From contig JAUNPO010000001.1 in the NCBI GenBank assembly GCA_030536665.1, positions 5,336 to 57,054 on the forward strand: DNA of 51,719 nucleotides, written 5' to 3'. Every line of letters begins with the position of its first letter. Within the stretch, counting starts at the first letter, position 1. The notes beneath the pieces are model-generated. The model did not search any database. It worked only from the letters and a program-made list of their open reading frames with translations, and had not been told where the DNA came from. Shown one piece after another: positions 18,031 through 26,595 of the stretch. A program made the translations under genes and the position numbers. This stretch comes from Pseudomonadota bacterium (lineage in GTDB: Bacteria > Pseudomonadota > Alphaproteobacteria > RF32 > CAG-239).

Positions 18031-18996
18031 ATGAAAAACACCATACCTGTTGCTTTTTCCTTTGATGACAATTTTACGCTTCCTGCCTGGGTGGCCGTAA
18101 AATCGCTGATAGATAACGCGGCGCGCCAAACCCGTTACCATATCTTTATTATGTATTCTTCATTGAGCGAAGAAAACATTGCGTTGTTTTCGGCTTTGGC
18201 AAATGAACACGCGGAAATAACTTTCCTCAAAATTGACAATCGGCGGTTTGATAATGCGCCAAAATCAGCGGCTTGGCCGTACGAGGTCTATTATCGCCTG
18301 ATTATTCCGGAGCTGATTCCGCAGTATGACAAAGTAATTTACTCTGATGTTGATGTGATGTTTAAAGGCGATTTAAGCGCGCTCTATAACCAGGATTTAA
18401 ATAATTTTCAGATTGCTGCCGTTGCTGCGGAGCGGACAGACGAACTCAATGGCGTTCACCAGCATTTTCCCGAATACGTTAATGATTTGATTTATTTTTC
18501 CGGCTTGATTGTCTTTAACAATAAAAAATGCCGTGAAGACAAAATCGTTGACCGCTTTTTTGAGAATATGCATCGCTATAAAAACCGCCTGAAAATGTTT
18601 GACCTTGAGGTAATGAATTTATCCTGCGACAAAATCAAACCCGTTGGTCTGGAATATTGCGTTTTGGAAAACCTTTATTATGAAAAATATCAGACAACGG
18701 CGGAATATAAATTTCTGCGCAATGTCTATTCTGACGCGGAAGTAGATGCCGCGGTTGAAAAGCCGGTCATCGTTCACTACGCCGGCGCTATTGTCAAAAT
18801 GTGGAAAAAAATCAAACCCGCAGCGGATTATTATGCCTACGTCAGCCGCTCGCCTTATTTTGACGACTATAAAAAGAAGCGCTTAAAAAAGAAAATATTG
18901 CGTTTGTTTAATCCGATTTGGTATATTTTGAGCCGCGTGACGCCGGTAAAAACTTACCGTAAAAAATTCCGCAATATTTTGCGCGGCAATTACTAA
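18031..18996 (+). CDS. Glycosyltransferase family 8 (LPS/LOS glycosyltransferase-like)
   Basis: GT8 hallmarks are present: IPVAFSFDDNF…, YYRLIIPELIP…YDKVIYSDVDVMFKGDL (DxD) and HYAG. Confidence 0.8.
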   Translation: MKNTIPVAFSFDDNFTLPAWVAVKSLIDNAARQTRYHIFIMYSSLSEENIALFSALANEHAEITFLKIDNRRFDNAPKSAAWPYEVYYRLIIPELIPQYDKVIYSDVDVMFKGDLSALYNQDLNNFQIAAVAAERTDELNGVHQHFPEYVNDLIYFSGLIVFNNKKCREDKIVDRFFENMHRYKNRLKMFDLEVMNLSCDKIKPVGLEYCVLENLYYEKYQTTAEYKFLRNVYSDAEVDAAVEKPVIVHYAGAIVKMWKKIKPAADYYAYVSRSPYFDDYKKKRLKKKILRLFNPIWYILSRVTPVKTYRKKFRNILRGNY

Positions 18997-19007
18997 AGGA
19001 GGGCAGG

Positions 19008-19604
19008 GTGTCCGTAAAACTGAAAAAATTTTTAATTAATTTGATTCCGGTAAAATCTTTGCGTAAAAAGCTCCGGAATAAGAATCAGCATTATTTCATG
19101 TTCCAGCCGCAGTATCCAAAGTGTTATATCAGCCGGGATGCCCATCTTCATAATCCGGAAAACATCGAAATGGGCGAAAATGTTTTCATCGGCAAAGAGG
19201 CGAATATTTATGCCGAGGGAGGACTGGTTTTGCAGGATAATGCCATGCTGGGGGCAAATATCACGGTTTTGACCACAAACCACAATTTCAAACACGCCCG
19301 GTCATTGCCTTTTGATAATAAAGGGTTTTTGCAGAAAGTTTATTTTGGCAAAAGCGTATGGGTCGGTGCCGGATGTATGATTCTCGCCGGTGTCAGAATT
19401 GATGACGGCGCCATTGTCGCCGCCGGTTCCGTTGTAACCAAATCTGTTCCCGAGTGCGCTATTGTCGGCGGCAACCCGGCGCGAATTATCGGCTGGCGGG
19501 ATAAGGAAGAATATAAAAAACTTGAGCAAACGAAAAGCTATTTTAAATGTGACGGCATTGACTGGCAAAGGGTTGAAGGGTATAAAAAATACTTGGAAGA
19601 ATAA
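19008..19604 (+). CDS. Hexapeptide-repeat (LbH) O-acetyltransferase
   Basis: GTG start 5 nt after AAGGAGG. Left-handed beta-helix repeats are present (…IGKEANIYAEGGLVLQDNAMLGANITVLT…VWVGAGCMILAGVRIDDGAIVAAGSVV…). Confidence 0.8.
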   Translation: MSVKLKKFLINLIPVKSLRKKLRNKNQHYFMFQPQYPKCYISRDAHLHNPENIEMGENVFIGKEANIYAEGGLVLQDNAMLGANITVLTTNHNFKHARSLPFDNKGFLQKVYFGKSVWVGAGCMILAGVRIDDGAIVAAGSVVTKSVPECAIVGGNPARIIGWRDKEEYKKLEQTKSYFKCDGIDWQRVEGYKKYLEE

Positions 19605-19667
19605 GTAACGATATTTTTACAATAAAGAGGTATCTTAATACAAAAAAAGAACCAGAGGTAAATATAT

Positions 19668-20651
19668 ATGTTTTTTCTGAAAAAAGTTATATTGGGAATA
19701 GCCGCTTTTGTTTTTATCCTGTGGGGCGGCGCCGGAACTCAGAGCAATAACCTTCTGCTTCAGGGCGGCGGCTTCATCGGTCTGATTGTCGGTCTGATTA
19801 TTTTATATATATTTACCAAAATGGCTTGGCGGGCGATGGGCTGCCTGCCGTCTTTTCTTATCTTCAGCGGCATTGTCTGCTTTGTTGTTTATGCCATCGG
19901 CGGTTTCAGCAACGGTTTTACCAATGTCGGCCGGAATATAAGGACTTTTATGGGGCAGAATTCCGCCCCGAAACCGTCAGCGGAAACAAACGGTGCGCTT
20001 CTTCTGGTTGAGAAAGAAGATGTTGTTTCCGAAAATTTTGCCGATGGAGAAAATATCGTCGAAGAAACGGAATTTATTGAAGAAGAACCGGCTGAAAGCG
20101 GTCCGATACGCAAATGGTTTAATTCGGTAACCGGTCAAGGCAATGAAGCCGCCGCCCCGCTTAATCCCAACAATTTTCCGGCAATTTACGGCAGCGCCAA
20201 AGTGATAAACGGCGATACGTTGAAAATCAACGGCTATTATTTCAGGCTCTATGGCATAGACGCGCCGGAAAGCAATCAGACTTGTGCCGGGGCTCAGGGA
20301 CGGTCTTATCGTTGCGGTGTCGAGGCCGGAAACTGGTTGCGCAGCTGGATACAGGATAATATTTTGGAATGTCACGTTATGCAACAGGATGAAAACGGCA
20401 ATATGGTCGGAACCTGTTCGCTGGGGCAGTATGATTTAGGGGCGGCAATCGTTAACGCCGGCTGGGCTGTCGCTTATTTGAAATATACCGACATTTATTA
20501 TCCTTATGAGGAAAATGCCCGCGCTGCCCGCGCCGGTCTGTGGCAGGGACGTTTTTATATGCCTTGGGATTGGCGGGTGATGCAGGCGCAAAAACCAAAA
20601 ATTAAAATAATAAAACCAAAAGTTCGTAAAAAGAGTTTGTTAGATGGATGA
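19668..20651 (+). CDS. Membrane-anchored staphylococcal-nuclease (SNase/thermonuclease)-like protein
   Basis: N-terminal TM helices and an acidic linker, followed by an SNase-like domain (VINGDTLKINGYYFRLYGIDAPES…AGLWQG). Confidence 0.7.
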   Translation: MFFLKKVILGIAAFVFILWGGAGTQSNNLLLQGGGFIGLIVGLIILYIFTKMAWRAMGCLPSFLIFSGIVCFVVYAIGGFSNGFTNVGRNIRTFMGQNSAPKPSAETNGALLLVEKEDVVSENFADGENIVEETEFIEEEPAESGPIRKWFNSVTGQGNEAAAPLNPNNFPAIYGSAKVINGDTLKINGYYFRLYGIDAPESNQTCAGAQGRSYRCGVEAGNWLRSWIQDNILECHVMQQDENGNMVGTCSLGQYDLGAAIVNAGWAVAYLKYTDIYYPYEENARAARAGLWQGRFYMPWDWRVMQAQKPKIKIIKPKVRKKSLLDG

Positions 20652-21108
20652 TAGGATAGAATTTTACAGCAATTCAGAAGAAGAAACGGCGGATGTCGGC
20701 AAAAAGCTTGCCCGTTTTGCCCGTATTGGCGATGGTTTCGCCCTGCATGGAACCCTGGGAATGGGAAAAAGCGTTTTGGCGCGCGGTTTTATTCAGGAAC
20801 TGACAAATGTAAAAGAAGTTCCCAGCCCGACTTTCACGTTGGTGCAATTATATGATGCCGATAATTTTTCTGTTTATCACTTCGATTTGTACCGCCTCAA
20901 ATCCCCGGAAGAAATCTTTGAACTGGGAATGGAAGAAGCGATTTACCAGGGAGTAAGCCTCATCGAATGGCCGGACAAAATGGGCGGTTATCTGCCGCAG
21001 GGCATTTTTCACGTAACGATTTCCCCGGAAAAAGACGGCCGGAAAATTACCATATCAACTTCTAATGACAGTCAAAGGCTTCGCCTGTTGGAATATTTTA
21101 AGCCATGA
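20644..21108 (+). CDS. tsaE: tRNA t6A biosynthesis ATPase TsaE
   Basis: Motifs GTLGMGKS, SPTFTLVQLY and HFDLYRL. Confidence 0.85.
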   Translation: MDDRIEFYSNSEEETADVGKKLARFARIGDGFALHGTLGMGKSVLARGFIQELTNVKEVPSPTFTLVQLYDADNFSVYHFDLYRLKSPEEIFELGMEEAIYQGVSLIEWPDKMGGYLPQGIFHVTISPEKDGRKITISTSNDSQRLRLLEYFKP

Positions 21109-21527
21109 TGAACATCCATACGACATGTATCGCCTTCAACGGCCGGGGCGTTTTGATTTTCGGAGCGCCGGGATCGGGAAAATCTGATTTGGCATTGCGT
21201 TGTATTGCCAATAAAAATGCGATTCTTGTTGCTGACGACAGAACCAATATTGATATCAGGGAAGGGCGTATTATCGCTTCCTGTCCGGCGAATATCAAAG
21301 GTCTACTGGAAGTCCGCGGCGTCGGCATTCATAAAATGCATTCGCTGGAGTTTTGCGAAATAAAACTGGCGGTGGAACTGGTGAAAAGTTATAAAGATAT
21401 GGAACGCCTGCCGGAACCGGCATTCTATGAAATCGGCGGGATAAAAATTCCTCTGTTGAAACTTTATCCTTTTGAGGTTTCTGCACCGGACAAGCTTGTT
21501 ATAAAGTTAGACAGTGCTATTGATTAA
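21105..21527 (+). CDS. hprK: HPr kinase/phosphorylase-like protein (short alphaproteobacterial form)
   Basis: P-loop GAPGSGKSDLAL, plus LVADDRT and GLLEVRGVGI. Confidence 0.8.
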   Translation: MMNIHTTCIAFNGRGVLIFGAPGSGKSDLALRCIANKNAILVADDRTNIDIREGRIIASCPANIKGLLEVRGVGIHKMHSLEFCEIKLAVELVKSYKDMERLPEPAFYEIGGIKIPLLKLYPFEVSAPDKLVIKLDSAID

Positions 21528-21584
21528 TTGCCTCTATTGCCTTAATATACAACCAAATTTGTATAGAAAAGGAAACTCATCTCC

Positions 21585-22373
21585 ATGGATAATAAAATTC
21601 AAAATTTCTTACGCGTTTTAGGTAAGCCGCTGGTTGCTTTTTTTATGCGGCTCGGCAGCTTGACGACATTTATCGGGCAGTCCTTATACAATTGTGTAAC
21701 GCCGCCTTTTTATTTTAAGCTGGTTGGCCGTCAGTTTCTTGATATCGGCTTTTATTCTCTGCCGGTTGTCGGCTTGACGACGGTTTTTGCCGGTATGGTT
21801 ATTGCCTTGCAGAGTTACACCGGCTTTGCCCGTTTTGGTGCCGAAAGTGCCGTAGCTTCCGTTGTTTGGATTTCCGTAACCCGCGAGCTGGCGCCAGTGT
21901 TGTCAGGCTTAATGGTTGCCGGGCGTATCGGTGCGGCCATGGCTGCCGAAATCGGAACCATGCGCGTTACCGAACAAATTGACGCTTTGCGCACGCTGTC
22001 GACCAATCCTTTCAAGTATCTGGTTGCGCCGCGTATCATTGCCGGCATTATCGTGTTGCCGATGTTGGTTTTCTTTGGCGATATTATCGGAATTTTCGGC
22101 GGTTATGTCGTCGGCGTTTACAAGCTGGGCTTCAATCCGGCTAACTATATCAATGCGACCGTACAGAATATGGAAGCGCTGGACATCATCTCCAGCTTGG
22201 TCAAAGCGGCGGTTTTTGGTTTTATCATCACATTGATGGGCTGCTATAACGGTTATAAATCCCGCGGCGGCGCTCAGGGCGTTGGTGAAGCAACAACCAA
22301 TGCCGTTGTTTCCGCCTCTATCCTGATTCTGATTTTCAACTATATCATCACCGAACTGTTTTTTACCAAATAG
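21585..22373 (+). CDS. mlaE: Phospholipid ABC transporter permease MlaE
   Basis: 262-aa polytopic protein of the MlaE/YrbE type, followed by its ATPase. Confidence 0.85.
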   Translation: MDNKIQNFLRVLGKPLVAFFMRLGSLTTFIGQSLYNCVTPPFYFKLVGRQFLDIGFYSLPVVGLTTVFAGMVIALQSYTGFARFGAESAVASVVWISVTRELAPVLSGLMVAGRIGAAMAAEIGTMRVTEQIDALRTLSTNPFKYLVAPRIIAGIIVLPMLVFFGDIIGIFGGYVVGVYKLGFNPANYINATVQNMEALDIISSLVKAAVFGFIITLMGCYNGYKSRGGAQGVGEATTNAVVSASILILIFNYIITELFFTK

Positions 22374-22385
22374 GGAGAAGATTAA

Positions 22386-23150
22386 ATGAGCGAAGCAAAA
22401 ATAAAAATCACCAATCTTCACAAAGCTTTTGGTAAAAAAGTTGTTCTTGACGGCGTTGACTTGGAAGTTGAAAAAGGAGAATCTCTGGTTGTTATCGGCG
22501 GTTCCGGAACCGGAAAATCTGTTTTGATAAAATGCGTGCAGGGGCTTTTGCAGCCGGACAGCGGCTCTATCCTCATTGACGGGGAAGAAACTGTCGGTGC
22601 TGATGAAAAGGAACAAAACCGCCTTCATTCCAAAATGGGAATGCTGTTTCAGGGCGGTGCCTTGTTTGACAGTCTGCGCATCTGGGAAAATGTGGCTTTT
22701 GGCCTGATTGAAAACCAGAAGATGCCGAGAAAACAGGCGCGTACCGAAGCTATTCGCATCTTGCGTCAGGTCGGTTTGGCGCCGGATGTTGCCGATTCTT
22801 ATCCGAGCGAGCTTTCCGGCGGTATGCAGAAACGCGTCAGCTTGGCGCGCGCCATTGCCACCAAGCCTGAAATCATCTTTTTTGACGAGCCGACAACCGG
22901 GCTTGACCCGATTATGGCCGACGTCATTAACGATTTGATTATCGAGTCTGCCAAAGGCCTTGGCGCAACGGCTTTAACCATTACCCATGATATGGCTTCG
23001 GCGCGTAAAATTGCGGATAAGATTGCCATGCTTTACAAAGGAAAAATCATTTGGCAGGGAACGGTCAAAGAGCTGGATAAAACCGAAAACGAATATGTAC
23101 GCCAGTTCATTAACGGCAGTTCTCACGGACCGATAAAAGTGGAGATATAA
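22386..23150 (+). CDS. mlaF: Phospholipid ABC transporter ATP-binding protein MlaF
   Basis: Walker A GGSGTGKS, signature LSGGMQKRVSLARA and Walker B IIFFDEPT. Confidence 0.85.
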   Translation: MSEAKIKITNLHKAFGKKVVLDGVDLEVEKGESLVVIGGSGTGKSVLIKCVQGLLQPDSGSILIDGEETVGADEKEQNRLHSKMGMLFQGGALFDSLRIWENVAFGLIENQKMPRKQARTEAIRILRQVGLAPDVADSYPSELSGGMQKRVSLARAIATKPEIIFFDEPTTGLDPIMADVINDLIIESAKGLGATALTITHDMASARKIADKIAMLYKGKIIWQGTVKELDKTENEYVRQFINGSSHGPIKVEI

Positions 23151-23152
23151 TC

Positions 23153-24526
23153 TTGGCTAAAAAAGGGAACGAATTTGTTTGCCAAAGCTGCGGCGCCGTA
23201 TATCCCAAGTGGCAGGGAAAATGCGATGCCTGCGGCGAGTGGAATACGATTGTTGAAGAAAAAGTCGGTGGGGAAGGTTTTTCCAATATCACCCCGAAGA
23301 AAAAAGGCAAAATGATTGATTTCGTTCCTTTATCAGGGGAAGAACGGGCGCTCGACAGAATAAAAACCAATATCAAGGAGCTTGACCGGGTTTCCGGCGG
23401 CGGATTGGTTCCCAGTTCGGTAATTTTGGTCGGCGGCGACCCCGGAATAGGAAAATCGACGCTGTTGCTGCAGGTTTGCGCTAGTATCGCCGGTTCTGCC
23501 GGAAACCCGGAATGTTATTATATTTCCGGGGAGGAAGCGATAGACCAAGTGCGGATTCGCGCTAAAAGGCTGCGTCTTGAACAAACCCCGGTTAAATTAG
23601 CCAGCGCAACGGAAGTCAAAGATATTATCGCCACGCTTGAAAAATCAAATGCCGCGGTGGTTATCATCGATTCGATTCAAACCATGTATCTGGATGAAGT
23701 TGAGTCAACGCCGGGCAGCGTTGCCCAAGTCAGAGCCTGCGCTTATGAATTGATAAAACTGGCCAAACGCAAAGGGTTTGTCTTGTTTTTGGTTGGTCAT
23801 GTCACCAAACAGGGCTCCATTGCCGGGCCGCGCGTTTTGGAACACATGGTTGATACCGTGCTTTACTTTGAGGGCGAACGCGGTCACCATTTCCGTATTT
23901 TAAGAGCGGTAAAAAACCGTTACGGCGCGACGGATGAAATCGGCGTTTTTGAAATGCAGGACCAGGGGCTTGTCGAAGTGGAAAATCCCTCGGCATTGTT
24001 TCTGGCCGAACGGCAGGGAAATATTTCTGGCTCATGCGTCTTTGCCGGAATTGAGGGATCGCGTCCGGTCTTGGTGGAAATTCAGGCCTTAGTCTGCCCA
24101 ACAAGTTATGCCAGTCCCAAAAGGGCGGTCGTTGGTTGGGATTCCAACCGCCTGTCAATGGTCTTGGCTGTTCTGGAAGCGCGTTGCGGTATGAATTTAA
24201 GCTCTCAGGATATTTATTTAAACATTGCCGGCGGCTTAAAGATTTCAGAACCGGCGGCTGATTTGGCCGTGGCCATGGCCGTTATTTCATCAATGACCAA
24301 TAAGCCGCTCCCGGCAGATACGGTCATCTTTGGAGAAATCGGCCTGTCCGGGGAAATCCGTGCCGTCAGCCAGCCTAATTCCCGCTTAAAAGAAGCATAT
24401 AAGCTTGGGTTTAAAAGCGCAATCATGCCGGCAAATCTGGCCGCCAAAGACAAAAAGAATAACCGCGTTGACATCGCCGTCCATGAAATCGGTAATGTCC
24501 AACGCCTTATAAATTGGTTTAATTGA
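23153..24526 (+). CDS. radA: DNA repair protein RadA
   Basis: TTG start. Zinc finger CQSCGAVYPKWQGKCDACGEWNT, P-loop GGDPGIGKST, KNRYG and a Lon-like C-terminus. Confidence 0.93.
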   Translation: MAKKGNEFVCQSCGAVYPKWQGKCDACGEWNTIVEEKVGGEGFSNITPKKKGKMIDFVPLSGEERALDRIKTNIKELDRVSGGGLVPSSVILVGGDPGIGKSTLLLQVCASIAGSAGNPECYYISGEEAIDQVRIRAKRLRLEQTPVKLASATEVKDIIATLEKSNAAVVIIDSIQTMYLDEVESTPGSVAQVRACAYELIKLAKRKGFVLFLVGHVTKQGSIAGPRVLEHMVDTVLYFEGERGHHFRILRAVKNRYGATDEIGVFEMQDQGLVEVENPSALFLAERQGNISGSCVFAGIEGSRPVLVEIQALVCPTSYASPKRAVVGWDSNRLSMVLAVLEARCGMNLSSQDIYLNIAGGLKISEPAADLAVAMAVISSMTNKPLPADTVIFGEIGLSGEIRAVSQPNSRLKEAYKLGFKSAIMPANLAAKDKKNNRVDIAVHEIGNVQRLINWFN

Positions 24527-24536
24527 GGAAACTGCC

Positions 24537-25274
24537 ATGCAGCTTAATAATCTTGACGTTATTATTTTAATCGTTGTTGCCATTTCGGCACTAATCGCCT
24601 TGAGCCGCGGCTTAATGAAAGAAGTCCTGTCCATTGTCGGCTGGGTTTTGGGCTGTGCGGCAATCGTCTATCTTCTGCCGATTCTCAACCCCATTACACA
24701 GATTTACGTCAAAAACGGTACTATGGCCGGAATCCTGACCTCTATCGTTATTTTGATAACTTTTCTGATTTTTTGGATTTTAATGACGGCGCAAGTTGTC
24801 AGCAAGGTTCGTTCCAGCAAATTAAGCAACTTGGATAGAATGCTGGGGCTGTTTTTCGGCATTGTCAGAGCCTGTTTTCTGATTATCCTGCTCAATATCC
24901 TTATCAGTTGGATTGTGCCGAAAGAAAGCCAGTCAGAAGCCTTTCGCGAGTCCCGCTATTTTAATCTTGCCGGTGATTTTGCCGAACCGATTGAAAACCT
25001 CATTCCTAAAGCGACTTTGGATAACATCCGCAGCAAAACGCAAAATTCAGATGTCCTGAAAGAAAAAGATGAAGAAGAGCTTGAAAAGGTTAAAATAGAG
25101 AAAAAGGAAAAAACATCGAAAAAAAGCGATGGTGATGAGCTGTTTGAAAAGCTGGCCAAACCGCGGATAGAGAAAGCCAAGAAAAAGCAGCTTGAAAAGG
25201 CCAAAGAACAGTTTGAGGGATATAATAATAACGAACGCGCCAACCTCGACCGTTTGATAGATAATATCGAGTAA
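24537..25274 (+). CDS. cvpA: CvpA-family membrane protein with a Lys/Glu-rich C-terminal tail
   Basis: Four TM helices of the CvpA type, then a low-complexity tail (KEKDEEELEKVKIEKKEK…). Confidence 0.75.
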   Translation: MQLNNLDVIILIVVAISALIALSRGLMKEVLSIVGWVLGCAAIVYLLPILNPITQIYVKNGTMAGILTSIVILITFLIFWILMTAQVVSKVRSSKLSNLDRMLGLFFGIVRACFLIILLNILISWIVPKESQSEAFRESRYFNLAGDFAEPIENLIPKATLDNIRSKTQNSDVLKEKDEEELEKVKIEKKEKTSKKSDGDELFEKLAKPRIEKAKKKQLEKAKEQFEGYNNNERANLDRLIDNIE

Positions 25275-25280
25275 GCAGTA

Positions 25281-25314
25281 AACATCCCGGAAATTTGTTT
25301 TCCGGGATGTTTTT
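25281..25314 (+). terminator. Intrinsic terminator after cvpA
   Basis: A 13-bp stem (aacatcccggaaa/tttccgggatgtt) is followed by tttt. Confidence 0.75.
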
Positions 25315-25334
25315 AATAAAAATATCAAGTTTGT

Positions 25335-26258
25335 TTAAAATTCTAAAATAGCTCGAACAGTATCATAAACATGAGCTTTTTTATCTTTTGTATCATCACT
25401 GACCATATCGAAATATCCATCAGTATTAGCATCAAAAGTCCATGCCAGAGAAGAGCTTCTTTCTGACGATGACCATATATTTTCATAAATTTCTGGAGAA
25501 CCGCCGAATCCGATTTTTACTCCGCCTAGTTTTTCAATTGTATTATTTACATTAGTAAAATTTTTTGAGTTATTTAGATTATTTAATAGTTCATAAGATG
25601 GTAGACACCATTTTTTATTAGGCGGAGTTCCTTGGGGAGAATAATTATATGCCGCATTAGCTGCTGAAAATCTGGTTCCTTTTTTTACAAGCTTTTCTGT
25701 ATTAGAGCAACTTGCATCAATATTTCTGTCTGAGATACCAGTTTCATATGGAAAACCGGTATCCCATGCAATATCTTTTTCTATATAGCTGATTGACATA
25801 ATATATCCGCCAATTCCTGAAGTATTTACATAAATTACTACGCCTAAAGGCGTTTTGGTCTTATCTATATTATTAGAACAGGAATTATCAGAATAATAGA
25901 TCCAACCAACTTGACAAGCAGGGCGAGAATTTTTCTCGCATTTGCCATTGCTCCATTCATAACCGGAAGCACAGTTACAAGAGGCATATTTATTATTGCA
26001 GGCCTGCCCGGCACCGGAGGAGTAACCAGTTCCTTTGCAATCATATTTAAAACCGCTTTTAAGACAAGTATCGGAGCAGCAGGCAAAAGTATTTCCGAAA
26101 GGACATCTGATGCCTTTTCCGTCAGGACAGGACGTTTCTGTGTAGCCTAGCGAAGCACAATCAGTTGTGGCAACACATTGGGCATTTGTTAAGTTTGGAA
26201 TTAAGGACAGACTCGTCCCCAAGAGTAAAAATTTAAGATTAATATTCATATTGAACAT
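25335..26258 (-). CDS. Secreted Cys-rich protein with a DUF1566-like (Lcl C-terminal-like) domain, paralog B
   Basis: Signal peptide M(FNM)NINLKFLLLGTSLSLIPNLTNA|QC, then a Cys-rich segment. The body contains KKWCLPSYELLNNL and the C-terminus is …VRAILEF. The second ATG at 26249 has the better Shine-Dalgarno spacing. Confidence 0.65.
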   Translation of the reverse strand: MFNMNINLKFLLLGTSLSLIPNLTNAQCVATTDCASLGYTETSCPDGKGIRCPFGNTFACCSDTCLKSGFKYDCKGTGYSSGAGQACNNKYASCNCASGYEWSNGKCEKNSRPACQVGWIYYSDNSCSNNIDKTKTPLGVVIYVNTSGIGGYIMSISYIEKDIAWDTGFPYETGISDRNIDASCSNTEKLVKKGTRFSAANAAYNYSPQGTPPNKKWCLPSYELLNNLNNSKNFTNVNNTIEKLGGVKIGFGGSPEIYENIWSSSERSSSLAWTFDANTDGYFDMVSDDTKDKKAHVYDTVRAILEF

Positions 26259-26496
26259 CCTTTGTTTTTTTTAGGTTAAAACAAAACCCGCTTCAATTAA
26301 GAAGGCGGGCGGATGTTCAGAAACCGTAACTTAGTAAACGGCTCGGCTTATTTGGCCGAAACCTTATTCGCCGACATCCGTCCCTAGCACATACCTAGAC
26401 AGATATCAGCACATACTTATTTTAAGTCGCAATCATGCTTGACGACTACTAAGTTTAAAGGGTTTCTGACGCCCTGAGCAGTTAACACAACTGCCT
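26259..26496 (-). ncRNA. Candidate structured 5' leader / riboswitch-like RNA, copy B
   Basis: It aligns with 36070-36293 on the opposite strand. Its hairpins covary with copy A. It ends in an intrinsic terminator (26278-26309) about 20-30 nt before the start codon. Confidence 0.55.
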
Positions 26497-26502
26497 GTAA
26501 AC

Positions 26503-26531
26503 AGAGTAACACAGGAGGATGTTTGTTGCAA
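26503..26531 (-). promoter_or_regulatory. Putative promoter of leader copy B (TTGCAA-N17-TACTCT)
   Basis: It has the same architecture and position as TTGCTA-N17-TACCCT in copy A. Confidence 0.45.
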
Positions 26532-26557
26532 TCTTTTATTTTTTTAGGACAAAAGCT

Positions 26558-26589
26558 ATAAAAAACCTCCCAAATCATTTTTGGGAGGG
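26558..26589 (-). terminator. Intrinsic terminator after the DUF1796-like gene
   Basis: On the minus strand, ccctcccaaaaatgatttgggagg is followed by tttttt. Confidence 0.7.
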
Positions 26590-26595
26590 AAAATA

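Noticed and set aside
25040-25274. Lys/Glu-rich repetitive stretch that might be a separate gene or a DNA repeat.
   Set aside because: It is in frame with and continuous with cvpA. The DNA is purine-rich low complexity rather than a defined tandem repeat.
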